A stretch of 54,247 nucleotides of DNA from an uncultured virus (IMG/VR IMGVR_UViG_3300005918_000015) (IMGVR_UViG_3300005918_000015), one strand, 5' to 3'; shown: positions 7,608 through 16,984, counted from the first letter of the stretch. Notes: generated by a model from the sequence alone, not told the origin. Numbers and translations: made by a program.

Positions 7608-9560
7608 ATGAACACTACACAAATTGACCAATTAGCACTAAGAGTACGGGCTGCAAAAAATGCATATTACAATGGTAACCCTGTAATGTCCGATGCAGAA
7701 TACGACACTCTGGAAGACGAACTCAGAAAAGCTGACTCGAATCACCCCGTCCTGAAAATGGTCGGTATGGCTCCAACAGGCGGTTCTTGGCCTAAAGCCA
7801 AACACGAAATACCAATGGGTTCGTTGAACAAAGCTCAGGTCAAGGCTGAAGTTGAAAAATGGATCAAAGGGGCTGCTACGGCTGGTGAAATTGCAGTTAT
7901 GGATAAACTTGATGGAGCTTCCATTGAGTTAACATACGAAAAACGTCATCTGGTTCGTGGTGCTACTCGTGGTGATGGTGATATCGGTCAGAACATAACC
8001 CGAAACATTCTGCTTATGCAGGGTGCTGTCAAGGTTTTGCCTTCTACCATTAACGGTCAACCAACCCCTGACAAAGTATATGTCCGTGGTGAAGTTATCG
8101 TATCCAAATCCCTGTTTGCCAAATTCTTCAAAGGGGAGTCAAACCCTCGTAACACTGCAAACGGAACAATGACCCGTCAAACCAACCATGACAAATGTAA
8201 ACATCTGTCCATCATTGCTTATCAGTATATGCCTGAAGGTTATGGTATGGACACCAAAAAGGCCGAACTGACTACCTTGAAGGACATCGGTTTTATCACT
8301 CCCAGATGGTCAATCGTAAGCTCTCTGGCCGAAATCGAAGCTGTCTATCAGGATTACATTAACAGTATCCGTGACGGCCTTGATTACTTGATTGATGGTC
8401 TGGTTCTTGAAGTGAACAACAGAGACAAGAGAAATGACCTTGGTGACCTGAATGGTCGTCCTAAAGGTGCTATTGCTTACAAGTTCCCTCATGAGTCCAA
8501 GCCGACCCACCTGAAAGCTATCCGCTGGCAGGTTGGTAACTCTGGCCGAATCACACCGGTTGCTGAGTTTGATACCGTAAATCTGGCAGGAGCTAACATT
8601 TCTCAGGCTTCGTTGCATAACCTCAGTAACATTGCTGAAATGGTGAACGAAGTCAGACCTGGATGGAAAGAACTCTGTATTGATGATTCAATTTTGGTGA
8701 GTCGTAGAAATGACGTAATTCCCTACGTGGAGTCATTACTCTCCAGTGGTGATACGGCAGTACGTTTTAATATCCCGAAAAAATGCCCCGTATGTGGTGA
8801 AAAACTCAGCATGAATGGTGAGTACCTTGTCTGTACGAATTCAGATGAATGTGAAGCTCAGATTATCGGAATGCTGAAACGCTGGGTAACCAAACTGGAT
8901 ATCAAACATATGGGTGAAGCTCTCTTGACAATGCTGATTGAAGACGGCCACATTGAAGACATTGCTGACCTCTACAGAGTTGACCCTATCAAGGTTTCAG
9001 TTATGACAATGAATGGCCGTATGGTTGGTGGAAGTGCCGACCGTGGCTTCCAGAACCTTCGTGCTAAAAAATCTATCCCTGTCGACCTCTTGGTAGGTTC
9101 CCTTGGAATCCCAATGATCGGTCGTAGTATGGCAAGAAAAATTAGTGATGCCGGATATGATACTCTCTCTAAAATGTATAAGGCTCAGATCGTTGATATT
9201 GCTCAAATCCCAGGTGTTGGCCAGACCAAAGCAGAATATTTCGTTCGTGGGTTTAGCAAAAGAATCGGTTTGATTGCCAAATTGATCCAACACCCCGACG
9301 ATGGTGGTGCTGGTATCACCATTAAGGTCACTAAGGGGCCACTGAAGGGCAAAACTTTCTGTATGACAGGCTTCCGTGACAGTGCCTTGGTGGATGCCAT
9401 TGAAGGCTCAGGTGGGACGGTGAAATCTGGTGTCAGCAAAACTCTGGATTATTTGGTTGTTCAAGACGTAACCTCAACCAGTGGCAAAGCCAAGAAAGCT
9501 GCCAAGTACGGAACTGCTATCATCAGTATTGATGAAGCCAAAAAAATGGCTGGTATCTAA
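7608..9560 (+). CDS. ligA: NAD-dependent DNA ligase
   Basis: YY..G.P.MSDAEYD, MGSL, KLDG, TRGDG, RGEV, NPRN, DGLV, AYKF, VG.SG.ITPV, SLHN, Zn finger CPVC, HhH repeats, C-terminal BRCT. Confidence 0.97.
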   Translation: MNTTQIDQLALRVRAAKNAYYNGNPVMSDAEYDTLEDELRKADSNHPVLKMVGMAPTGGSWPKAKHEIPMGSLNKAQVKAEVEKWIKGAATAGEIAVMDKLDGASIELTYEKRHLVRGATRGDGDIGQNITRNILLMQGAVKVLPSTINGQPTPDKVYVRGEVIVSKSLFAKFFKGESNPRNTANGTMTRQTNHDKCKHLSIIAYQYMPEGYGMDTKKAELTTLKDIGFITPRWSIVSSLAEIEAVYQDYINSIRDGLDYLIDGLVLEVNNRDKRNDLGDLNGRPKGAIAYKFPHESKPTHLKAIRWQVGNSGRITPVAEFDTVNLAGANISQASLHNLSNIAEMVNEVRPGWKELCIDDSILVSRRNDVIPYVESLLSSGDTAVRFNIPKKCPVCGEKLSMNGEYLVCTNSDECEAQIIGMLKRWVTKLDIKHMGEALLTMLIEDGHIEDIADLYRVDPIKVSVMTMNGRMVGGSADRGFQNLRAKKSIPVDLLVGSLGIPMIGRSMARKISDAGYDTLSKMYKAQIVDIAQIPGVGQTKAEYFVRGFSKRIGLIAKLIQHPDDGGAGITIKVTKGPLKGKTFCMTGFRDSALVDAIEGSGGTVKSGVSKTLDYLVVQDVTSTSGKAKKAAKYGTAIISIDEAKKMAGI

Positions 9561-9573
9561 AAATAAATTTAAC

Positions 9574-9603
9574 GGCTTAGTTTTGAAAAGTTGTGGGTTG
9601 TTG
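9574..9603 (+). promoter_or_regulatory. bipartite repeated motif copy 7
   Basis: GGCTTAGTTT-TGAAAAGTTG-TGGGTTGTTG (core identical to copy 6). Confidence 0.8.
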
Positions 9604-9669
9604 TAGTGTAGAAAGACAATAATGTTTTATAAATTTAACTTCTTTAATTTCTTTAAAAGGAAAAAAACA

Positions 9670-10692
9670 ATGACAAAGAAAAAAACCCCAAGATCCGTAA
9701 ATGCCAGTTACGATCCAGACATGTACTTGAAATCACACAAAAATGTCTTCAAAGGTCTGAAAACCGAATTTGTATGGCTTACCCCTAAACTAGCCAAAGA
9801 ATTTATGGCTAGAAACATCAGTAAAAACAGAACCATGAATCCTAAACGCCTTGATATTATAGAAGGTGATATGGTGGGAGGCCTTTGGGGATTTAACGGA
9901 GATTCTCTTCGTTTTAACATTCCCAAAGACATGATTGATGGCCAGTACAGATGCCAAGCAGTCATCAACACAGGCATTACCATACCAGTAATGGTGCAGA
10001 CAGGACTCAGCAAAGAAGCCTTTGATATGTTGGATTGTCTTGGTAAATCCAGAACCTTCGGTGAAACTTTGAAAACCAAAAAATTCCAGAATGTTGATGT
10101 TTTGAATAAAACCTTAAAGATGGTGATTTCATTACGAGAGGATTTCAAACCAGGCAACGACCGTTTCCCTGATGTACATCATCAGGAAACATCCCCTGCT
10201 GTAAAACTCAAAACCATAATGTCTGAAAAAAACCTTTCCAATATTGTGGATCTTGTTTGTTACAAAGACAAGAACACCAATACCAAAAAAGACATTGAAG
10301 AAGCTGCCCCTGCCTATATGGTTGCAGCATTCTATCATGTATTCAACAAAATTGATGCTGAGAAAGCCAAAACCTTCAAGGAAGGTATGCCATTAGGTTT
10401 CACACCACCAAACAGCCCTTCCGGTAAAATGAGAAAATACCTTGCAGCCCTTGAAGTACAGAGATTGCTTAAACCTGAGTTGAAACTCACAGGCCGAAAA
10501 CTTCTGTACAAACAGATGTATGCTATCATCGTGGCCTGGAATGCTGAAATGAAAGGTGTCCCGTTGAACCCTAAAGCATTGGAGCTTGATCTGGAAAACG
10601 GTAAAGTAAAAGAGAACCTCATGCCTATGACTGAAATAGTTGGCTCTGAGAAGTATCTGGAATGGTTGAAAGCCAACGTCAAAGGCTTTTAA
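9670..10692 (+). CDS. ParB/Srx-like (DGQHR-type) domain protein
   Basis: LTPKLAKEFM..N..NR, DM..G.W.FNGD, IDGQYR; start MTKKK after AAAGGA RBS. Confidence 0.72.
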   Translation: MTKKKTPRSVNASYDPDMYLKSHKNVFKGLKTEFVWLTPKLAKEFMARNISKNRTMNPKRLDIIEGDMVGGLWGFNGDSLRFNIPKDMIDGQYRCQAVINTGITIPVMVQTGLSKEAFDMLDCLGKSRTFGETLKTKKFQNVDVLNKTLKMVISLREDFKPGNDRFPDVHHQETSPAVKLKTIMSEKNLSNIVDLVCYKDKNTNTKKDIEEAAPAYMVAAFYHVFNKIDAEKAKTFKEGMPLGFTPPNSPSGKMRKYLAALEVQRLLKPELKLTGRKLLYKQMYAIIVAWNAEMKGVPLNPKALELDLENGKVKENLMPMTEIVGSEKYLEWLKANVKGF

Positions 10693-10714
10693 TCCCTGAT
10701 TACAACACCTAAAC

Positions 10715-10740
10715 CCCCTGATGTAATGTCAGGGGTTCTT
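10715..10740 (+). terminator. stem-loop, possible weak terminator
   Basis: CCCCTGAT-GTAAT-GTCAGGGG followed by TTCTT. Confidence 0.45.
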
Positions 10741-10752
10741 AAGGAGATTGAT

Positions 10753-11028
10753 ATGGGTCGTAAAATTACTGATGTAATAGAAGCTATCCGTGAAGCTATC
10801 CCGACTGAGGAAGCAGACCTTCATTCCAGATTGAACGCTATTGAAGAAACTGCTCAATATAGGGCACCTGAAATGATAGGAGACTCTTGGTATGACCTTG
10901 GTATCTTGGTGGGTCGGTTTGCTGACCCTAACGACCCACCCAAGAAAAATACTTGGCAGATGAAAGCTGTTTGTGCTTTGACAGGTCAAACAATAGAACA
11001 GATGGATGAGTCCAAGGAGAATACATGA
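10753..11028 (+). CDS. hypothetical protein
   Basis: AAGGAG RBS before ATG 10753. Confidence 0.65.
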   Translation: MGRKITDVIEAIREAIPTEEADLHSRLNAIEETAQYRAPEMIGDSWYDLGILVGRFADPNDPPKKNTWQMKAVCALTGQTIEQMDESKENT

Positions 11029-11240
11029 TTAAAATAGCCCGTAATGACCCCTGCCATTGCGGTTCGGGTAAAAAATATAAGAAATGCTGCCTACGGGCAG
11101 ATCAATATCCTGAACCCGAAGAGCCTGAACCTCGTAAAAAGGGTTCGAAGATGCAAGCCAAGATGTTGATGGCAATGATGGCAGGTTTTGAAGCCCAACA
11201 AGGTGTTCAACTCGTAAAGAGACCCAAAAAGGAAGACTAA
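11025..11240 (+). CDS. SEC-C zinc-binding motif protein
   Basis: KIARNDPCHCGSGKKYKKCC. Confidence 0.9.
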   Translation: MIKIARNDPCHCGSGKKYKKCCLRADQYPEPEEPEPRKKGSKMQAKMLMAMMAGFEAQQGVQLVKRPKKED

Positions 11241-11535
11241 TGATGGCAACTTCATATTTCAGAGGCTATCCGACCGTCGTGATTGACAATAAATGGTGTT
11301 ATGAAGATACCAAGGAAACTATTGAAGATCATCTTCGGCCTTGTAAGAAATGTGGGCAAGAATATGAATTCAATGCCCCTGTTTAGGTATGTTGCCTGGA
11401 GTAGCTTTTGCTTGTTGTGGTCATGGAGTTCAAAGTGAGGCCTATGTCCATTTCGTTGACAGCCCTATCCGATTGGATGATTTTACCGTAACAAGGTTGA
11501 GGTTAGATGATGCTGGGACTAAAGAAAAAATATGA
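11240..11535 (+). pseudogene. frameshifted Cys-rich hypothetical gene
   Basis: Frame 1 11240-11386 (…RPCKKCGQEYEFNAPV*) continues in the -1 frame as PCLGMLPGVAFACCGHG… to TGA at 11535; missed by the ORF track. Confidence 0.55.
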
Positions 11536-12070
11536 CAAGAACAAATGCCTGGCTGTAGTCACAGATCAGGAAACTGGTTTGTTACACGGAGCTATGTATT
11601 ATAATCACCCAACCCCTTCAGGTTGTGAACGGTGGCTCTTAGGGGTTACCACAAACCCCTGTGACACTGAACTCGAAGCAGCTAAACTTATCAATAAAGC
11701 TTATCCTGATGTGAAACCTTTGAAACTCAAAGGTCTCTCAACTGAGAGTTGTGATATTTTGGAACTTAAGCTGAAACGTGGGTCGTGCATCCATTGGATG
11801 CACCACAGAGACGGCAATAAGAAGCCTGCAAAGGGAGAAGATCCTGTTGACCCTATTGAGATTATAGAGGTCTCTAAGCCTTATAAGGAGACTGAGATTG
11901 ATCCAACTATTCAGGTGACTTCACTTCAACTGAAAAGGTTGATTGCCACAGGTAGAGTCGAGTTAGACAGTTGCCAACCTGTCTGTAGTGATCTGTACTA
12001 TTCGTATCTTCATTACCGTGTGAAACGTGGCGGAGAGAAACCAAAGGAAGTTCAAAATGTCATTGCTTGA
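11507..12070 (+). CDS. hypothetical protein
   Basis: 187 aa ORF. Confidence 0.65.
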   Translation: MMLGLKKKYDKNKCLAVVTDQETGLLHGAMYYNHPTPSGCERWLLGVTTNPCDTELEAAKLINKAYPDVKPLKLKGLSTESCDILELKLKRGSCIHWMHHRDGNKKPAKGEDPVDPIEIIEVSKPYKETEIDPTIQVTSLQLKRLIATGRVELDSCQPVCSDLYYSYLHYRVKRGGEKPKEVQNVIA

Positions 12071-12554
12071 CGACTTCAAACTTGAAAAAATAGACACCAA
12101 CGTAGATAAGACTGAGTTTGTCATGGTGGTTATACCTCATGTAATTGATACCCCAGCCCTCGTGGATTATGAAGGGTTCAGCATTGAAACGGATGTACGT
12201 GAAGGTGGCCTGACTGCTGAAGATATGGGGTTCGGACCAACAGGTACAGCTCCAGGATTATGGATTGGTGAAGGTGTCCCTGTTTGGGTACCTACAGGTT
12301 CAATGGACGGTTACCCAGGTGAATCTGAAACCGAAGCTACATATGATAACTTCACTTGGAGACGGCCAACCTCAGAAGAAATGGAAGCCTTAAATAACGA
12401 GGGGCTTTGGGGTAAACGTAAACGATGTTTACATTGTGGTGAGTACCTCACTGAGGGTGAAGAACTGATTTTACAAGTTAAGTTAACACCTGAAGATGAA
12501 CCATCCTTTCAGAAGTTTTGTACTGAATGTTATGAAAAGGAGCTTGATAAATGA
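12057..12554 (+). CDS. hypothetical acidic protein with C-terminal CxxC pairs
   Basis: Start MSLLDD; CLHC and CTEC. Confidence 0.65.
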   Translation: MSLLDDFKLEKIDTNVDKTEFVMVVIPHVIDTPALVDYEGFSIETDVREGGLTAEDMGFGPTGTAPGLWIGEGVPVWVPTGSMDGYPGESETEATYDNFTWRRPTSEEMEALNNEGLWGKRKRCLHCGEYLTEGEELILQVKLTPEDEPSFQKFCTECYEKELDK

Positions 12555-12832
12555 ACGATAAAGACCTTGAAAATTTATGTTCAATCGAGCCGACTCAACC
12601 ATGTCCTGACTGTGGGCAAATTGCCCTTGCTACATGGGTAGACATTGGTTTTGGACCATACTCTCAGCAGGCTGGTCCTTATTCCTGTACTGAATGTGAT
12701 TGGGTAGAGCCTTGTCCTTATGTGAGTCCTGAAAAATGTGATCGGTGTGTGAGTTTTGACACCTGTTACACTCGTTTGGAGAAAAAATATGTGAGTTTTG
12801 ACACCTGTTACACTCGTTTGGAGAAAAAATAA
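12551..12832 (+). CDS. small zinc-ribbon protein
   Basis: CPDC, CTEC, CDRC. Confidence 0.6.
   Translation: MNDKDLENLCSIEPTQPCPDCGQIALATWVDIGFGPYSQQAGPYSCTECDWVEPCPYVSPEKCDRCVSFDTCYTRLEKKYVSFDTCYTRLEKK
12748..12831. repeat. 42-bp perfect tandem duplication
   Basis: TGTGAGTTTTGACACCTGTTACACTCGTTTGGAGAAAAAATA x2. Confidence 0.92.
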
Positions 12833-13105
12833 GTGATGAATTTATATACTGTCAATATCCGTATTCCAAATAAAATACAGAGTATTAAAGATGATGGTTC
12901 TATTGATGATTTGAAATGTTATCATTATTTAGTATTAGCATTAAAAAAAGATATCTACAGGTTAGTTTCAAGTATGCCTGAAATTAAGAATTTTAAAATT
13001 AAACCAGACCAACTTGAAATATCATTGTTCGATGTACCTGCTGTTTTTACGGATGTAGGGGGAAATCAGGTTTGGTTTGATATAGAAAACAATACTGATG
13101 AATAA
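12833..13105 (+). CDS. hypothetical protein
   Basis: 90 aa, AT-rich, packed between neighbours. Confidence 0.55.
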   Translation: MMNLYTVNIRIPNKIQSIKDDGSIDDLKCYHYLVLALKKDIYRLVSSMPEIKNFKIKPDQLEISLFDVPAVFTDVGGNQVWFDIENNTDE

Positions 13106-13511
13106 TATGCCGGATGAGAGAACAGACTTGATATGCCCCGATTGCAAAGCCTTGATGGTTCTTAGAGAAGGAAAATTCGGTTTGTTCTATGGATGCTCAA
13201 CATATCCTGAATGTACTTGTGCTCATGGTGCCCACAAAGAAGGTGGTGCTCCGCTTGGTATTCCGGCTAACCGTGAGACTAAGGACTGGAGAATTAAAGC
13301 TCATGATGCCTTTGATGGACTCTGGAAAGTGAAAAAAGCAATGACCCGGAAAGAGGCTTACCTGTGGATGTCCGAAGTTATGGAATTATCACACAAGGAT
13401 GCTCATATCGGTATGTTCGACATTGTTCAATGTGAGAAACTGATTGGTTTGGTATTTGATTTTATTAAAAAACTCCTGGATGAAGATCCGGGGATTGAAT
13501 TAGAGGTGTAA
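13098..13511 (+). CDS. topoisomerase-C4-type zinc ribbon / DUF3268-like protein
   Basis: CPDC..LMVLREGKFGLFYGCSTYPEC; PLGIPA…R..AH.AFD.LW; HIGMFD. Confidence 0.8.
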   Translation: MNNMPDERTDLICPDCKALMVLREGKFGLFYGCSTYPECTCAHGAHKEGGAPLGIPANRETKDWRIKAHDAFDGLWKVKKAMTRKEAYLWMSEVMELSHKDAHIGMFDIVQCEKLIGLVFDFIKKLLDEDPGIELEV

Positions 13512-14023
13512 TGATGACGAACTCTTGGAAAGAAGATATGTACAAAGGTTATCGGGTAGTGTGGTCACAAGGGCCATCTCTATCAATCCCTTCATGGTGT
13601 CTTTACACATTGGAGCAAACCCCCGGAGACAGTATGTGTGCTGATTGGTCTTTCTATAAAGGTGGTTTTGAAAAACTGAGGGATGCTCATAAATGGATAG
13701 ATGAACAGGTAAAAAAGAAAACAGCAGAGTTTTCAAGACATATGCCTTGTGAACGGACTGATTTGATTTGTAAACAATACCCTATGAAACTCCAGACTGG
13801 AAAACACGGGCTATTCTACGGCTGTACTAACCACCCGAAATGCAATGGCTCTCACGGTGCCTGTGAAGATGGGTCACCGAAAGGAATCCCAGCCAAAGCC
13901 GAGACGAGACAGTGGAGACAGAAAGCAATTGCTGCTGTGGACATTCTGGCCAACCATCTGCCGAAAGCCAACATCAAAGATTGCCAAGCTATTATTGAGC
14001 TGGCCAAGAAATTTCGATTTTAA
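13511..14023 (+). CDS. hypothetical protein with C-terminal paralog of the upstream zinc-ribbon domain
   Basis: ERTDLIC…GKHGLFYGCTNHPKC…PKGIPA..ETRQWR mirrors 13098..13511. Confidence 0.7.
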   Translation: MMTNSWKEDMYKGYRVVWSQGPSLSIPSWCLYTLEQTPGDSMCADWSFYKGGFEKLRDAHKWIDEQVKKKTAEFSRHMPCERTDLICKQYPMKLQTGKHGLFYGCTNHPKCNGSHGACEDGSPKGIPAKAETRQWRQKAIAAVDILANHLPKANIKDCQAIIELAKKFRF

Positions 14024-14024
14024 T

Positions 14025-14054
14025 GGCTTAGTTTCTCAAAGTTGTGGGTTGTTG
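14025..14054 (+). promoter_or_regulatory. bipartite repeated motif copy 8
   Basis: GGCTTAGTTT-CTCAAAGTTG-TGGGTTGTTG. Confidence 0.8.
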
Positions 14055-14076
14055 ATGTAAGAAGGAGAACAACAAT

Positions 14077-15657
14077 ATGCCTGAATTAAAATGTTTTTAT
14101 CATGAAACTTTAATTTATTATGACGGTATTCAAGTTTTCAAAGCATTAGATGACGCCCGTAAAAAGGTTTATCTTGGAGTTTGTGTTGAGACTGGAAGTC
14201 TAGCAGATAAGTTTTTAGTCGTTGAAGTTAAACCTGACTCTGATTTATCTATAGAAAACCTGAGAACTCTAATCCTTGAACGCCCAAACCCTGAATGGTA
14301 TCTGTTACAGACAGATGACTTTGAAGGAGCACTTCTCCTAAAACAACAATCAGGTGATATCCCTGAAGAATATTTACCAGAGAAAGAGATCAATATGCCC
14401 CTTATTTCAAAAGCAGCAAAACTTCTGGATGTTCCTGAAAAGGAACTCCAAGAATTCGATATGCCTGATACTTTCAATCCGGGCAATACCATTGCCGGAT
14501 ACCTGTGCCGTCGTGGTGACCACCGATACGGAGCATTAGTCATTAATATGGTTAATGGTGTGGGTGTTGAACCTCAAGTTGTTTGGTGTACACCGAAGCT
14601 TCACTACCCCTTTGGTAGAACTGAAATGGAAGATCGTAACTACCATTTCCCCAAGAAAATCATCAGGGTTGGTGTCTATGAGAAACTGGACGGCACGAAT
14701 GTTCTGGCCTACTCCTATGCAGATGCAGAGGGAACACGGTACAGGACGTTCAAGACACGGCTGACCCCTATATTGTCAGACAACCGATTCGGAGCTCTGG
14801 CTCAAATGTGGAACGAGCTTCTGGAGGATAAACATCTTCAGATGATTACGTCTGTACAAGCTCTCAAAAACCAAACCCTCAGTTTCGAGATGTACGGCTA
14901 CCGGAATCCGCATCTTGTGGTATATAAAGATATTCCGCTGTCTGCCAAGCTGTTGTTTTCAGTGGATCAGATAGACCAGTCTATCCGACCGTCTAACGGG
15001 GTGTTCTTCGAGGATTGGGGGGGTGACCCTCCATATCAAATGTATGAAGATCAAGTCATGATGTGGCCAATGGCAGTCCTGACTGCCCCTCAGTGGGTTT
15101 TAGTACCAGAAGCTACCTTAGAGTCCCCAGAAGACCTTGTGGCCTTCTACGAGTCCAAGAGGGACGAAGCAGAGGCTCAGAACAAGAGCTTCGGGGAAGA
15201 CACCGACAAGACTATTGAAGGTATAGAAGGATTTATCTTTTATACCCTCGTGGAAGGCGGAGAATGGGAGATGTGGAAATGTAAACCACCCTCAGTGGAA
15301 GATATTCACTGGACTCAAGGCAACTCCGTTCCGATGACTGTCATCGTACCAACGGCCTGGAATGCTCTGGAATCCTGTGATGGTGAACTGACTCCCGAAT
15401 ACATTCGTAGTTTGTTGCTGGAAGAATTTAGCCCTGAGCAGGTCGGTAAATCCGAGATCCGAATCGGTAAAGCTGTAGCTTACATTAATGGCCGAGTGAA
15501 CCGGCAGATCAAAGTCAGGGCACTGTATGATGACTCTGGTTTGGATTGGGAAAAAGATGGCCGTGGGAATATTATGAGAATGCTATCAAAACATTTTGAC
15601 AGCAAAGAAATGAAGAAAGTGTATCAATCTTTGACTGAAATGGGGATTGTAAAATGA
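14077..15657 (+). CDS. ATP-dependent RNA-ligase-like nucleotidyltransferase with extra ~105-aa N-terminal domain
   Basis: Motif I YEKLDGTN, III FEMYG, IV EGFIF, V KCK; N-terminus YYDG.QVF resembles DUF6575. Confidence 0.75.
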   Translation: MPELKCFYHETLIYYDGIQVFKALDDARKKVYLGVCVETGSLADKFLVVEVKPDSDLSIENLRTLILERPNPEWYLLQTDDFEGALLLKQQSGDIPEEYLPEKEINMPLISKAAKLLDVPEKELQEFDMPDTFNPGNTIAGYLCRRGDHRYGALVINMVNGVGVEPQVVWCTPKLHYPFGRTEMEDRNYHFPKKIIRVGVYEKLDGTNVLAYSYADAEGTRYRTFKTRLTPILSDNRFGALAQMWNELLEDKHLQMITSVQALKNQTLSFEMYGYRNPHLVVYKDIPLSAKLLFSVDQIDQSIRPSNGVFFEDWGGDPPYQMYEDQVMMWPMAVLTAPQWVLVPEATLESPEDLVAFYESKRDEAEAQNKSFGEDTDKTIEGIEGFIFYTLVEGGEWEMWKCKPPSVEDIHWTQGNSVPMTVIVPTAWNALESCDGELTPEYIRSLLLEEFSPEQVGKSEIRIGKAVAYINGRVNRQIKVRALYDDSGLDWEKDGRGNIMRMLSKHFDSKEMKKVYQSLTEMGIVK

Positions 15658-16049
15658 ACAAACCACCTAGCAGAAAATGTAGGATGCAGTGTCCATTATC
15701 AGATAGGTGTCTTAGATATGATGCAAATATGAGTATCCATGACCCAACTATTTCTATTGGATATCAGGCAGATGAACAATACTGCCCGGAACAGTTGCTT
15801 AAACCTGAGAAATCCGACGAGGACTTTCAGGCACAAGAACTGAAGCGGATACGGGATACATACAAGAATGACCCTACTATTCAGAATTTAGTTATAAGTG
15901 GCCGTCCCACAGACTTGATGGCTGTTGATGAGATTCTGGCGTTACGTGGCCATATTGATAAGATGATCGAGCTCGTTGAAACTACTTTAGAGCTTAATAC
16001 TGCAGAACTTTTGAACTGGCTTAAAAAAGCCAAGAAAATTAGGAGGTAA
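15654..16049 (+). CDS. hypothetical protein
   Basis: 131 aa, CP...C.RY motif, overlapping start/stop. Confidence 0.6.
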   Translation: MNKPPSRKCRMQCPLSDRCLRYDANMSIHDPTISIGYQADEQYCPEQLLKPEKSDEDFQAQELKRIRDTYKNDPTIQNLVISGRPTDLMAVDEILALRGHIDKMIELVETTLELNTAELLNWLKKAKKIRR

Positions 16050-16051
16050 TA

Positions 16052-16396
16052 ATGAGTTATTATGTATTGGATAGCAACCTGAAACTGAAGTTTGTGAGAA
16101 ATCTGTCTGTCGGATGGTTACAGCATTTGGTTAGGTTTGGATTTACTGTACAGCATTTGTCAGACAGTACCATAAATATCCTAAAAAACCCCTGTGATCA
16201 CAACGAGATTGGTGGATGCTCCAGTCACATAAATGCTTTGGAAGCAGTCCAAGAATATATAGTACCAGGTTCAAAAATTACCGTAGTTTACCCAGAAAAT
16301 GACTGGACTGTCGTTCGTACCATTTTTGAGAAAAAGGGTAAAAAAGAAATTATCGGCCATATGAAACCTGTATGGAAAACTAAGGAGACAGCATGA
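16052..16396 (+). CDS. hypothetical protein
   Basis: 114 aa, AGGAGG RBS. Confidence 0.6.
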   Translation: MSYYVLDSNLKLKFVRNLSVGWLQHLVRFGFTVQHLSDSTINILKNPCDHNEIGGCSSHINALEAVQEYIVPGSKITVVYPENDWTVVRTIFEKKGKKEIIGHMKPVWKTKETA

Positions 16397-16974
16397 AACT
16401 GAAAGACCGCCTGTTGGCATTCGTTGACGTTGAAACGACTGGGTTAGACCCAGAAAAACACGAGATGATCGAGTTTGCCTGTAAAACTTCTGACGGCAAG
16501 AAAATCCAGTTCAAGATCAAGCCTCAACACATCGAAACAGCTCACCCAAGAGCCTTGGAAGTGAACGGATACACCCCAGAACGATGGAAAGATGCCATAG
16601 AGCCTAAACAGGCTGCTGCCATTATCCAAGAGTGGTTGGAAGAGGTTATCATCATCGGTCAAAGCATTAAATTTGATGTGGGTTTTATCAAAGCCTTGTT
16701 GAAACGGGAAGGTGTTGAATATGATAACAATTTCCTGAGATATTCTGGAGACACTGTTACCTTGGCACTGGCACATTTAGTCCCCAAAGGACTCACGAAC
16801 CTATCACTGAAATCTATCATGCAATTCCTTAATATGGAACCTGAGCCTGATGTCCATGAGGCTATGAATGGAGTGGACTGCTGCAAAGCTGTATGGGAAA
16901 AGTTAACAGATACAGGCTTCGATGCTTCCAAGTTCCACAAACATTACTCCGGCCCGGAGTACGATAAAGAGTAA
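16393..16974 (+). CDS. DEDD (DnaQ-like) 3'-5' exonuclease
   Basis: ExoI FVDVETTG, ExoII QSIKFD, ExoIII-like HEAMNG. Confidence 0.88.
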   Translation: MKLKDRLLAFVDVETTGLDPEKHEMIEFACKTSDGKKIQFKIKPQHIETAHPRALEVNGYTPERWKDAIEPKQAAAIIQEWLEEVIIIGQSIKFDVGFIKALLKREGVEYDNNFLRYSGDTVTLALAHLVPKGLTNLSLKSIMQFLNMEPEPDVHEAMNGVDCCKAVWEKLTDTGFDASKFHKHYSGPEYDKE

Positions 16975-16984
16975 ACAGCTCTTT

